Shown here in pieces: positions 17,513 through 25,717 of a DNA stretch of 53,141 nt (positions within the stretch are counted from its first letter, which is position 1; each line of letters opens with the position of its first letter). The notes beneath the pieces are model-generated. The model saw nothing but the letters and a program-made list of their open reading frames with translations. It ran no database searches and had not been told where the DNA came from. This DNA is from a virus (taxonomy: Duplodnaviria > Caudoviricetes): IMG/VR virus record IMGVR_UViG_3300028590_000320, positions 1-53,141 of that record. One strand, given 5' to 3'. Both the position numbers and the translations under genes were made by a program.

Positions 17513-17949
17513 ACTACCACCCCTGGCCCGGCATTGGTCTTTCCGAGACGCCTATCGACTGGGCGAAGGAGTTCGGCTCGGCCGCACTGAGCGCCAAGAG
17601 CACGGCGAACGTCGAGCGCCGTCGGAAGGCGGGCGTCGACCACAGCACCTTCCGCGGCATGAGCATGAAGTCGGACGAATCCGGCCTGCGCGGCGCGCCG
17701 AAGACCATGCGCGGCAGACGAAACGCGGCGACGGGGTTTGGCAATGCCGTCCGGCCTGAAAGCAACAGCGGCCGCATCCGCGCGGCGCTGGCCCACGGCC
17801 CGATGAGCCGTGCACAGATCTGCGCCGCCACTGGCGTCAAGCCGTCGCACATCACTGCCTACCTGAAGAACGACATCCTCCAGGGCCGCATTGTGAAGAT
17901 CGCGAAGCAGGGCGAGTACCAGAAGTTTGCGCTGGCGGAGGCGGCATGA
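17509..17949 (+). CDS. Phage protein with C-terminal wHTH
   Basis: GPMSRAQICAATGVKPSHITAYL. Confidence 0.65.
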   Translation: MNYHPWPGIGLSETPIDWAKEFGSAALSAKSTANVERRRKAGVDHSTFRGMSMKSDESGLRGAPKTMRGRRNAATGFGNAVRPESNSGRIRAALAHGPMSRAQICAATGVKPSHITAYLKNDILQGRIVKIAKQGEYQKFALAEAA

Positions 17950-18323
17950 AAAGCGTCCTGCGCATGCGCCACTACTGCGACTTCTGCAAGAAGTCGACGG
18001 GCACCAAGGCATCCATGGAGAGGCACGAGAAGGGCTGTACCGCGAATCCCGGCCGCGTTTGCGGGATGTGCTCCTTCGCTGACCTTGAGCAGCAACCGTT
18101 CGCTGATCTGGTGAAGGCAAACACGTTCGAAGGTTTTGAGGCTCTGAAGAAACTGGCTCAAGGCTGCCCAGCTTGCATTCTTGCTGCCGAACGCGCGACC
18201 GACTGGGAGCATGTGCCAAACGACCGGCCGCATTCCAACAGTGAATGGACATTCAAGACTGCTGCCAAAGCTTGGCTTGAAGAGCACCGCCCCGAACCCG
18301 AGTACGGAGGGTACTGCGGATGA
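17946..18323 (+). CDS. Cys-rich zinc-binding phage protein
   Basis: YCDFCKK..HEKGC..NP.RVCGMC..CPAC. Confidence 0.7.
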   Translation: MKSVLRMRHYCDFCKKSTGTKASMERHEKGCTANPGRVCGMCSFADLEQQPFADLVKANTFEGFEALKKLAQGCPACILAAERATDWEHVPNDRPHSNSEWTFKTAAKAWLEEHRPEPEYGGYCG

Positions 18324-18511
18324 ACTGCCTCAACTGCTCCCATTGGGACCTCAAACACTCGACCCTGCGCGCGCACGGCTACGGCCTGTGCAAGGCGCTG
18401 GCGCCCGCGCAGCCCGGCCGCACGTTCTCCGCCGGCAATGCATGCCGCTTCGGCAAGTTCGCCCAGGCGTCGGCCGAAACAGTGGCGCGGCGAGAAAAGG
18501 TGATCGGATGA
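18320..18511 (+). CDS. Small Cys-rich phage protein
   Basis: CLNCSHW...GLC...C. Confidence 0.6.
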   Translation: MNCLNCSHWDLKHSTLRAHGYGLCKALAPAQPGRTFSAGNACRFGKFAQASAETVARREKVIG

Positions 18512-18978
18512 CCGCAGTAGCCCTCATCAACCCGCAGCAGGCGCACAGCGCCATGACCGCCATGTTTCGGGACACCATCAAGCCAGGAACGATGGCGGGC
18601 CAACGCTTTCGCCTGGTGCTCAAACAAGAAACCCGCAGGGAAGGGCAGAACGCCCACTTCCACGCGATCATCGGCGACATCGCTAAGCAGGACCAACTGC
18701 ACGGCAAGAAGCTCGACGCCGAGAGCTGGAAGCGCCTGCTGATCGACGCCTTCAAGCACGATACGCGCGACGATCCGGACCTTTCGGTCGAGTGGGACAA
18801 GTTCGGCGAGTTGCAGTTGCTGCCGGCGCTGAACCACACGGGCTTCGTGGCTGTGGGCGAGCAGTCGCGCACGTTCACTGTCCGGCTGGCTGCCGCGTTC
18901 ATCGAGTGGCTGAACGCTTACGCCGCCGAGCGCGGCATCACGCTGCACACGCCGAAGTCGTGGGGTGATGCGCCATGA
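18508..18978 (+). CDS. ninB: NinB recombination mediator
   Basis: R...QNAHFHAIIGDIAKQ...WKRLL...FIEWLNAYAAERGI. Confidence 0.85.
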   Translation: MTAVALINPQQAHSAMTAMFRDTIKPGTMAGQRFRLVLKQETRREGQNAHFHAIIGDIAKQDQLHGKKLDAESWKRLLIDAFKHDTRDDPDLSVEWDKFGELQLLPALNHTGFVAVGEQSRTFTVRLAAAFIEWLNAYAAERGITLHTPKSWGDAP

Positions 18979-19181
18979 AGCCCGGCGACCGTCTTCACGA
19001 CAACGACCCGCGCATGAAGCCGCGCGTGCTCACCATCGTGGGCAACGGGCTCATGACGGAGCGCGGATTGACGAGCGTGCGCGCCAAGGATCGCGGCGGT
19101 CGCACGTTCTCCATCGCGGTGAAGCGCATTCACATCGACGGCAAGCCGCGGCGCGGTGGCTTCGATCTGGAGGTGGTGTGA
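18975..19181 (+). CDS. Phage hypothetical protein
   Basis: DNDPR motif, coupled. Confidence 0.6.
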   Translation: MKPGDRLHDNDPRMKPRVLTIVGNGLMTERGLTSVRAKDRGGRTFSIAVKRIHIDGKPRRGGFDLEVV

Positions 19182-19774
19182 TGCTGTCCTCCACCCTCAA
19201 GCCCAAGCGCTGCGGCTTCTGCCACAGCACCTTCATGCCCGCGCGCCCGATGCAGGCCGTCTGCAGCCCGGTCTGCGCGCGCCGCCAGGTCGCAGAGAAG
19301 CGCGTGGAGGAGCGCGCCCAGATCGTGACCCGCAGGGAGGCGCTCAAGACGCTTCCGGTGCTGAAGGCGGAAGCGCAGAAGGCGTTCAACGCCTGGGTGC
19401 GGGCCCGTGACGCAGCGCTGCCGTGCATCTCGTGTGGCGCTCCGCCGCCGGACCTGTCGCAACTGCACGCCGGCCGCGATGCTGGCCACTACCGCAGCGT
19501 TGGCAGTGCCGCGCACCTGCGCTACCACGAGGACAACGTGCATGCCCAGTGCGTCCACTGCAACCAGTTCCGCAGCGGGAACGCCGTCGACTACCGCATT
19601 GGTCTGACCGCCCGCATTGGCGTCTCGCGCGTCGAGGCCCTCGAAGCTGACAACCAGGTCCGCAAGTTCACCGCTGACGAGATCCGGGCCATCCGCACCG
19701 AATACAAGGCGCGCCTCAAGGCGCGCCTCAAGGCGCTGAACACCACGCCCAAGGGGCAGAAAGACCAACCATGA
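19181..19774 (+). CDS. ninG: NinG/Rap junction endonuclease
   Basis: VCSPVCA, AFNAWVRARD..PCISCG, DAGHYRSVG, NVHAQCVHCN. Confidence 0.92.
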   Translation: MLSSTLKPKRCGFCHSTFMPARPMQAVCSPVCARRQVAEKRVEERAQIVTRREALKTLPVLKAEAQKAFNAWVRARDAALPCISCGAPPPDLSQLHAGRDAGHYRSVGSAAHLRYHEDNVHAQCVHCNQFRSGNAVDYRIGLTARIGVSRVEALEADNQVRKFTADEIRAIRTEYKARLKARLKALNTTPKGQKDQP

Positions 19775-20034
19775 AGACGTTCTGGCTTACAAAGTACGCC
19801 CTTTCTACCGGTATCGAGAAGGTCACGACCTCTGGTGCCAATACCGAGAAGGGCAGCCACGTTCGAGTCTCTGGTCGTGCATGGGGCCTGTACAAGGTTG
19901 GCACCGATCTGCAATCCACGCGCGAAGAGGCGGTAGCAGTCGCCGAGCAGATGCGCCAGAAGAAGGTCGCGAGCGTCAAGAAGCAGCTCGCCAAGCTGGA
20001 GAAGATGAACTTCGCAGAAGGCGGTGCGGCATGA
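19771..20034 (+). CDS. Phage hypothetical protein
   Basis: WLTKYALSTGI...KVASVKKQLAKLEK motif. Confidence 0.7.
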   Translation: MKTFWLTKYALSTGIEKVTTSGANTEKGSHVRVSGRAWGLYKVGTDLQSTREEAVAVAEQMRQKKVASVKKQLAKLEKMNFAEGGAA

Positions 20035-20267
20035 AGCGCGCACTGCTCTACATCCTGCTGGAGTTCATCGACCCGAGGCGCCTGATTCGCCGGCCGGCGG
20101 CTGCACGGGAAAAGCTCCAGTGGCCGGCGATCGACCCCTCCTTGTTGCCTGAAAAGGTGAAAAAGCTACGACCACTTCCCGCAGATGGTGACGGAATCTA
20201 TTGGCGCAGGAATGCCAACGGCTCTATGACTGCATCGAATCACCCGTTCACCAAGGAATGCGCGTGA
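20031..20267 (+). CDS. Phage hypothetical protein
   Basis: Coupled ORF. Confidence 0.5.
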   Translation: MKRALLYILLEFIDPRRLIRRPAAAREKLQWPAIDPSLLPEKVKKLRPLPADGDGIYWRRNANGSMTASNHPFTKECA

Positions 20268-20470
20268 GCACTCGCACCATCATCGAGATCAACCATGACT
20301 TCCTGAACAGGTTGACGCAGGACCCGGCGCACATGCTGGCCGTGCTGAACGCGCTGAAGTCGTCGTTCATCACCGGCATGCTTAATCACGGCCCAGTGGA
20401 GCAGGGCGGCGGCATCACCGTGCTCGCGCAGCGCCACCACAGCGAAACGCTGAAGCTGGAGGTCAAGTGA
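20264..20470 (+). CDS. Phage hypothetical protein
   Basis: STRTIIEINHD...RHHSE; AAGGA SD. Confidence 0.6.
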   Translation: MSTRTIIEINHDFLNRLTQDPAHMLAVLNALKSSFITGMLNHGPVEQGGGITVLAQRHHSETLKLEVK

Positions 20471-20712
20471 GCCAGGCGATCGAGCTGCCTTCCGCCGAGC
20501 GCGTGACGCTGACCGGGCATTCCGCCGCAGGAGCGTGGCGGCTTGAGTTCTGTGGCATCGCGCCAGCAGTGCTCGCTGCGGCAGTCGATCTTCTGCAAGG
20601 CACACGCCGTTCTCACGCCATCGTCGTCACCAAACACCCCACCTCCGCCACCGTCGAGCCTATTGCGGTGGTGGACTTTTACGAAAAGGAAGACTCAGAT
20701 GTTCAACGATGA
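20467..20712 (+). CDS. Phage hypothetical protein
   Basis: GGAGG SD, GTG start. Confidence 0.5.
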   Translation: MSQAIELPSAERVTLTGHSAAGAWRLEFCGIAPAVLAAAVDLLQGTRRSHAIVVTKHPTSATVEPIAVVDFYEKEDSDVQR

Positions 20713-21517
20713 AAAGCGCGGCGTAGAAGAGGCCTACACCTCGGCCTCGACAAGCTCCAACCTGCGAGTGGAGGCCGACCGGCCCGGTGACGCAGACGTG
20801 ATCATCGCGGCGGGATGGAACCAGAGCCGCATCGGTGCCGCGCTGCTGCGCTTGCACACGGAGTTCGATGCCAGCGAACGGCTGAGGCTAGCGACGGCCG
20901 ATCAATTCCTGCCGGCAGGGAAGACCTCGAAAGAGCAGCGCACAGCCGCCGCCACACAGGCGTTTGCCTTCAACTTGCACGAGACGGGCCTCCTGCTGGG
21001 CAAGCTGAAGTCCCTCCCGGACGTTCGCGCCCAGGCAATGATTCAGGCGATGAAGTGGGGATTCGGCCGGCCTCAAGACCCCGTGACGTGCTCCGAGCGA
21101 ACGGAGGCCCGCGAGCACGACGCGGCGCTCCTGAAGCGTCTGAGGGAGGAGGTGGCGAAGGCCGGCGATGACGAGCGCGCGCTAGCAATGGCCAATGCAA
21201 CCCTGGTCATCACCTCGGAGGAGGTTGAGGGTCGCCGCAAGGTGGAAGAGGAAGAAGACGTTGCCCGCTGCGGTGAGAAGGTGGCCTCGGTCATCCGCTG
21301 GTGGCTTTCGCAGCGCTGCCCCGCCTGCTCGGGAACGAAGTTCCAGGTCGTCGAAGGGACGAACCGGCATGGCGCAAAGATCTGCCGCCCGTGCGGCGGC
21401 ACCGGCCTTCGGGAGGTGCCGCACCAGCAGCAGGGCCGACGCCTGGCGTGCTGGTTCGACCAGTGCGTGGAGCGGGCTAGGGCGTCAATTGGGCGGAGGC
21501 TTCGGTCAGTTGACTAG
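20699..21517 (+). CDS. Late antiterminator Q-like protein
   Basis: C-terminal CPACSG...CRPCGGTG zinc finger; last early gene before late region. Confidence 0.75.
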   Translation: MFNDEKRGVEEAYTSASTSSNLRVEADRPGDADVIIAAGWNQSRIGAALLRLHTEFDASERLRLATADQFLPAGKTSKEQRTAAATQAFAFNLHETGLLLGKLKSLPDVRAQAMIQAMKWGFGRPQDPVTCSERTEAREHDAALLKRLREEVAKAGDDERALAMANATLVITSEEVEGRRKVEEEEDVARCGEKVASVIRWWLSQRCPACSGTKFQVVEGTNRHGAKICRPCGGTGLREVPHQQQGRRLACWFDQCVERARASIGRRLRSVD

Positions 21518-22209
21518 TCAACTCTGTATGTCCATGCCGAGCAATAGATACGCGCATTATTCATCGCGGTCCAGCTTCGAGCCTCCCACATGGGCGCACC
21601 GTTCGAGAATTTGACATCAGCAATCATGGAGTCGTATACGGTCTGGGTGATCCAAAGAGGTTTTTCACCCAAATTTGTAAGTTTGGCTGCATGATTTGCT
21701 GCCTGTCCAACCCAGACGATGTCGTTATAGCCACGGACCCCAATTCGAGCCGCCATAAGTGGGCTGGCATCGACTCCGACTACGTGGTTTAGAGTGAATT
21801 CTGTAGTTGGGTATTGTCTTTTTATTGCTGGGCGGATGATATTCACGACAGCCCAGTTGATCTGCATTGCAGATCTCACCGCATTCGTATTTTTTGTGCT
21901 TCCCATGAAAATCGCCATGATGCGATCTCCATCGTAGGCAGTAATAGTGCCGTCATTTGACTTTATTATCCTGGCTGCACAGCGTAGGTAGGTTTTGTAA
22001 ACTTCGGCGCTAAACGACCATTTGTATCCATCCACCATCTTTGTGGAGCCGTTCATGTCTGCATAAAGAACCACAGCAATTTCAAGTTCTTTAGCATGAT
22101 TGCTTAGTCGGAGATCAGCGGCATCGGGGACGCTCGTTGTTTTAACTGTTTCCCACGCCTCCGAGAAAATTTCGGCCACTTCGACTTCGAGATCTTGTTT
22201 TAGCGGCAT
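21514..22209 (-). CDS. pycC: Pycsar pyrimidine cyclase (uridylate-cyclase-like)
   Basis: VLYADMNGST, TAYDGDR, GVD, RIGVRG.NDIVWVG.AAN.AAKL class III cyclase motifs, recalled as close to Burkholderia PycC; lower GC. Confidence 0.88.
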   Translation of the reverse strand: MPLKQDLEVEVAEIFSEAWETVKTTSVPDAADLRLSNHAKELEIAVVLYADMNGSTKMVDGYKWSFSAEVYKTYLRCAARIIKSNDGTITAYDGDRIMAIFMGSTKNTNAVRSAMQINWAVVNIIRPAIKRQYPTTEFTLNHVVGVDASPLMAARIGVRGYNDIVWVGQAANHAAKLTNLGEKPLWITQTVYDSMIADVKFSNGAPMWEARSWTAMNNARIYCSAWTYRVD

Positions 22210-22215
22210 ATTAGA

Positions 22216-22710
22216 CTACGGCTTAATAAACATGATGATGGAAACAATCCAGGGGCTAGCGGCCGCAAAAGAAAAGCGAATGCTGAGGCCAACCCATTTG
22301 TATTTGGCGGCGGCAATTTCGGCGTTTCTGTGAATCTGTGCTGTCCAGTCTTTGAGCAATTCCTCTGCGCTTGCGTGTGAGAATTGGGACTGAAATTCAG
22401 GAAGGCTGAGCTCCTGAATTCTGCCAAAGAACAATAGTGAGCTTATAGGGCCTCCGATGCGAGGCTTCAATGCAATGGCGGCGCAAACCAAAGCGGCCAC
22501 TGTTCCCACCGCTGCGAATCCGGCAAAAAAATATGCCCAGGCCGTGCGCGTGGAGGCATCGGAGGCGCCGTAGGCGGCTGCCAAGCCTGCAAGCAATCCG
22601 GTGTCAATGGCAACCACTGCTCCGACTTTCACTTCAGCGGCGGCAATCCAGGCCAAATGGCGCTCGAGCACCCATTGAGCGGTCGCCAGTCGATCAGACA
22701 CGTCATTCAT
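22216..22710 (-). CDS. pycTM: Pycsar transmembrane effector (PycTM/DUF5706)
   Basis: WI.AAE.K, TM helices, PR.....SLLFFG.I, QI..NA.IA..KY motifs; directly upstream of the cyclase. Confidence 0.85.
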   Translation of the reverse strand: MNDVSDRLATAQWVLERHLAWIAAAEVKVGAVVAIDTGLLAGLAAAYGASDASTRTAWAYFFAGFAAVGTVAALVCAAIALKPRIGGPISSLLFFGRIQELSLPEFQSQFSHASAEELLKDWTAQIHRNAEIAAAKYKWVGLSIRFSFAAASPWIVSIIMFIKP

Positions 22711-22776
22711 CGCGTTTGAAAAAATTTGGTTACAACATTGTCCCACCGCATCTGATTTCTGGCATCCCCCACGTTG

Positions 22777-22808
22777 GGGTTTCCAGAAAAAGAGAAGTGC
22801 TGCATAAT
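22777..22808 (+). promoter_or_regulatory. Candidate late promoter pR'
   Basis: TTTCCA...CATAAT about 120 bp upstream of a strong terminator, lambdoid position. Confidence 0.45.
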
Positions 22809-22922
22809 TTGCACCGAGTTCGCGCGTACTGCTGAGTACGCTGCCCTCAACTCTTTGCTGAACACCTGCCGCCGCTCCGGCGACGGCCGCCACCCTCGAC
22901 GGGGAAGGTGTCTCCAAAATTC

Positions 22923-22948
22923 AAAGCCGCCCACTGAGGCGGCTTTTT
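22923..22948 (+). terminator. tR'-like terminator
   Basis: AAAGCCGCC-CACTGA-GGCGGCTTT-TT. Confidence 0.8.
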
Positions 22949-22955
22949 CGTTTCC

Positions 22956-23031
22956 GCATTCCAGCGCGCGGGCCGCGTCGCCAGCCTTCCAAGCTGTGCA
23001 GAGAAGGGTTCGATTCCCTCGGGATGCTCCA
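22956..23031 (+). tRNA. Atypical tRNA-Gly(TCC)-like gene
   Basis: GCATTCC/GGGATGC acceptor, T-CCA end, CAGC-CTTCCAA-GCTG anticodon arm, AGGG-TTCGATT-CCCT T arm; non-canonical D arm and no U8. Confidence 0.6.
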
Positions 23032-23032
23032 A

Positions 23033-23228
23033 GTCAGGCAGGTTCAATTCCTGCTCGCTGGCCGAGATCTGGTGAAGGACGGGGTTCGAATCCCCGGCGG
23101 GGCGCAAGCCCTTCGCGACGCTGTCCGGGTAGACAGGGGCACAAGCCAGCCGGGGGAAGGGCTCCCGGCGCCAATTTCGCGGTCAAGCGCTCGCGCGCAG
23201 GGTTGAGAGTTCCCGGCCGCCGCAACCA
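23033..23228 (+). ncRNA. Cluster of tRNA-fragment-like hairpins
   Basis: Two further T arms, GNRA hairpin, two stems followed by NCCA. Confidence 0.5.
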
Positions 23229-23384
23229 CTTTCGGCGACAGCCGGCTGGAAGATGTCGAAGCGCCTGCTCAACAGCCAGCGCCGGGCCAAGTCTGGCCCG
23301 CAGGACCAAGCTCCAGCCGCCGCCCGTTTACGGCCAGACGCGAACCCGCTTATCAAGGGCGCGCGAGGCTCAGGGATTCCGAAT

Positions 23385-23591
23385 TCAACCGCCGTCGCTG
23401 GGGCGCTTCCAGCCGTTCTCGTCAGCCTCCCAGTCAATCAGCACGCTGCGCAGTTGCCGCACTGCCTCCGTGAGTTGGACAACGGCCGATCGCGCCTCCT
23501 GATCCTGAATACTCACGGACGAGGCCATGGCCGCATCAAGTGCCACATCGGCCTTGAGGAAGCGCGGGTCGGAGATGGCTGATTTCTTCAT
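23385..23591 (-). CDS. Small antisense-oriented protein (68 aa)
   Basis: MKKSAISDPRF... helical ORF, AAGG upstream. Confidence 0.4.
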   Translation of the reverse strand: MKKSAISDPRFLKADVALDAAMASSVSIQDQEARSAVVQLTEAVRQLRSVLIDWEADENGWKRPSDGG

Positions 23592-23899
23592 CGCTGGCAG
23601 AGCCTTTCGTTGGTGGAATCTCATCATAGGCAGATGCGGCTCCCGTTGATGGGCAATATTGAAAATCAGTTGTCTCCTGGCTGACCGCCAGCCCTTCGCC
23701 CGCATCAGCCGCCACGAGTGGTTCGGGCTTTTTCTTTCGGCCCCGCTCATCCCGGCAACGTGAGCCGGCGCCACACGGGTAAATGTGGCGGTTCTCCGGC
23801 GAATGCGGTCCCGCTCAATCACGAGTGCCGCGAACAGCCATCACCCCAGCGCCTCACGGCGTAAGTGCTCATGGGGCGTCGAATTCGAAAGGCCCCGCT

Positions 23900-24469
23900 A
23901 TGGGACGACCATCCAAACTCAGCGAGGCCAAGTGGGAGCAGATCAAGAAACGGCTCCTGGCAGGCGAGAAAGCTGCAGACCTCGCAAGAGAGTTTGGAGT
24001 ATCGAAATCAGCGATCAGCAGCCGAGTTTCGAAACGAATCGAAACTGTTCGGGAAGTCGCGCACAAGATCGTTGAGACCGAGTCTGCCATTCGGGAACTG
24101 AGCATCGCGGACCAGATTTCAGCCGTTTCGCTGGCTGACCAACTGCGGGCGATTTCTGGACACCTGGCGGGTGCTGCCAACTTCGGCGCGGCCACCGCGC
24201 ATCGGCTTTCGGGCATCGCCCACGCCAAGGTGCAGGAGATCGATGACGCGGCGCCACTGAACGCGGAAAGCATCGAATCGCTCAAGGGCGTGTCGGTGCT
24301 CACCGAGATGGCGAATAAGGCCAGCGTCATCGGCCTGAACCTACTGAGCGCAAACAAAGAGATGACGAAGTCCTCGCTTGAGGACGCGCCGGTCCTGCCG
24401 GTTCGGATCGTTGTACAGGTCGAAGATGCAAGTCAACCCGAGCCCGCGGCTAAACAAGCCGCAGGCTGA
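23900..24469 (+). CDS. terS: Terminase small subunit (HTH)
   Basis: GRPSKL...ADLAREFGVSKSAIS HTH, precedes terL. Confidence 0.75.
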   Translation: MGRPSKLSEAKWEQIKKRLLAGEKAADLAREFGVSKSAISSRVSKRIETVREVAHKIVETESAIRELSIADQISAVSLADQLRAISGHLAGAANFGAATAHRLSGIAHAKVQEIDDAAPLNAESIESLKGVSVLTEMANKASVIGLNLLSANKEMTKSSLEDAPVLPVRIVVQVEDASQPEPAAKQAAG

Positions 24470-25715
24470 GTTCATCGCCCTTGACCGCAAGTTCCGGGCG
24501 TTCGTCGCGGGCTTCGGCAGCGGGAAGACATGGGTAGGGAGCGCGGCCTTGTGTCAGCACGCGTGGGAGTGGCCCAAGGTCAACAGCGGCTACTTCGCCC
24601 CGACCTATGCCCAGATCCGGGACATCTTCTACCCGACGATTGAAGAGGTCGCCGAGCAGTGGGGCCTGACGACAGACATCCACGAGACGAACAAGGAGGT
24701 TCACCTCTACTCGGGTGGCCAGTACCGCAGCACGATCCTCTGCCGGTCGATGGAGAAGCCTGGCGACATCGTCGGCTTCAAGATCGGCAAGGCGCTGATC
24801 GACGAGCTTGACGTGATGAAGGCGCACAAGGCAGCGATCGCCTGGCGCAAGATCATCGCGCGGATGCGCTACAAGATGGACGGCCTGAAGAACGGCATCG
24901 ATGTGACGACGACGCCCGAAGGCTTCAAGTTCGTCTATCAGCAATTCGTCAAGGCAGTGCGCGAGAACCCCGAGTTGTCGAAGCTGTACGGCCTGGTGCA
25001 GGCAAGCACCTATGACAACGCGAAGAACCTGCCGGATGACTACATCTCGTCGCTGCGCTCGAGCTATCCGCCGCAGCTGATCGAAGCCTACATCCGCGGG
25101 CAGTTCACGAACTTGGCAAGCGGCAGCGTCTACCCAAACTTTGACCGGGAGTTGAACCACACCCCTGAGCGCATCAAGGAAGGCGAGGCCCTGCACATAG
25201 GTATGGACTTCAACGTCCTGAACATGACTGCGGCGGTCAGCGTGATCCGCGACGGCATGCCACTGACGCTGGAAGAGCTCACAAAGGTGCGCGACACCCC
25301 GGCGATGGCCCGGTTACTGAAGACCCGCTACCTGGACAAGAAGCATGCCGTGGTGGTCTATCCAGACGCCAGCGGCGGCAACACCAGCAGCAAGAACGCC
25401 AGCGAGTCGGACCTGAGCATCCTGAAAGAGGCCGGCTTCACGATCAGCGTGAACCCCTCGAATCCGGCCGTGAAAGACCGGGTCAATGCGGTGAACGCGA
25501 TCACCCTGAACGCAGTCGGCGAGCGCCGATGGAAGATCAATACCGATGCCTGCCCCGTCCTGACCGAGTCTCAGGAGCAGCAGGCCTACGACAACAACGG
25601 TGAGCCGGACAAGTCGACCGGGCACGACCACGCAAATGATGCTGTTGGCTACTTCTTGGTGAGGCGTTGGCCCATCGTGAAGAAGACCATCTCCGCCACA
25701 CCGTTCCGAATGTAA
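24426..25715 (+). CDS. terL: Terminase large subunit
   Basis: AGFGSGKT Walker A, LIDELD Walker B, TTTPEG, GMDFN and DHANDA nuclease motifs. Confidence 0.95.
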   Translation: MQVNPSPRLNKPQAEFIALDRKFRAFVAGFGSGKTWVGSAALCQHAWEWPKVNSGYFAPTYAQIRDIFYPTIEEVAEQWGLTTDIHETNKEVHLYSGGQYRSTILCRSMEKPGDIVGFKIGKALIDELDVMKAHKAAIAWRKIIARMRYKMDGLKNGIDVTTTPEGFKFVYQQFVKAVRENPELSKLYGLVQASTYDNAKNLPDDYISSLRSSYPPQLIEAYIRGQFTNLASGSVYPNFDRELNHTPERIKEGEALHIGMDFNVLNMTAAVSVIRDGMPLTLEELTKVRDTPAMARLLKTRYLDKKHAVVVYPDASGGNTSSKNASESDLSILKEAGFTISVNPSNPAVKDRVNAVNAITLNAVGERRWKINTDACPVLTESQEQQAYDNNGEPDKSTGHDHANDAVGYFLVRRWPIVKKTISATPFRM

Positions 25716-25717
25716 AC

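Noticed and set aside
19706-19736. 12-bp tandem repeat in ninG (KARLKARLKAL)
   Set aside because: Short in-frame duplication at the C-terminus, likely slippage
22711-22917. N-terminal extensions in the ORF track (pycTM here; also cI, int, SRAP, NDT)
   Set aside because: Extensions cross promoter/operator DNA; family motifs begin at downstream ATGs (SRAP needs Cys2)
22847-23502. Protein-coding ORFs across the tRNA-like region
   Set aside because: Arg/Pro/Gly-rich translations without SD; RNA structure explains the sequence better
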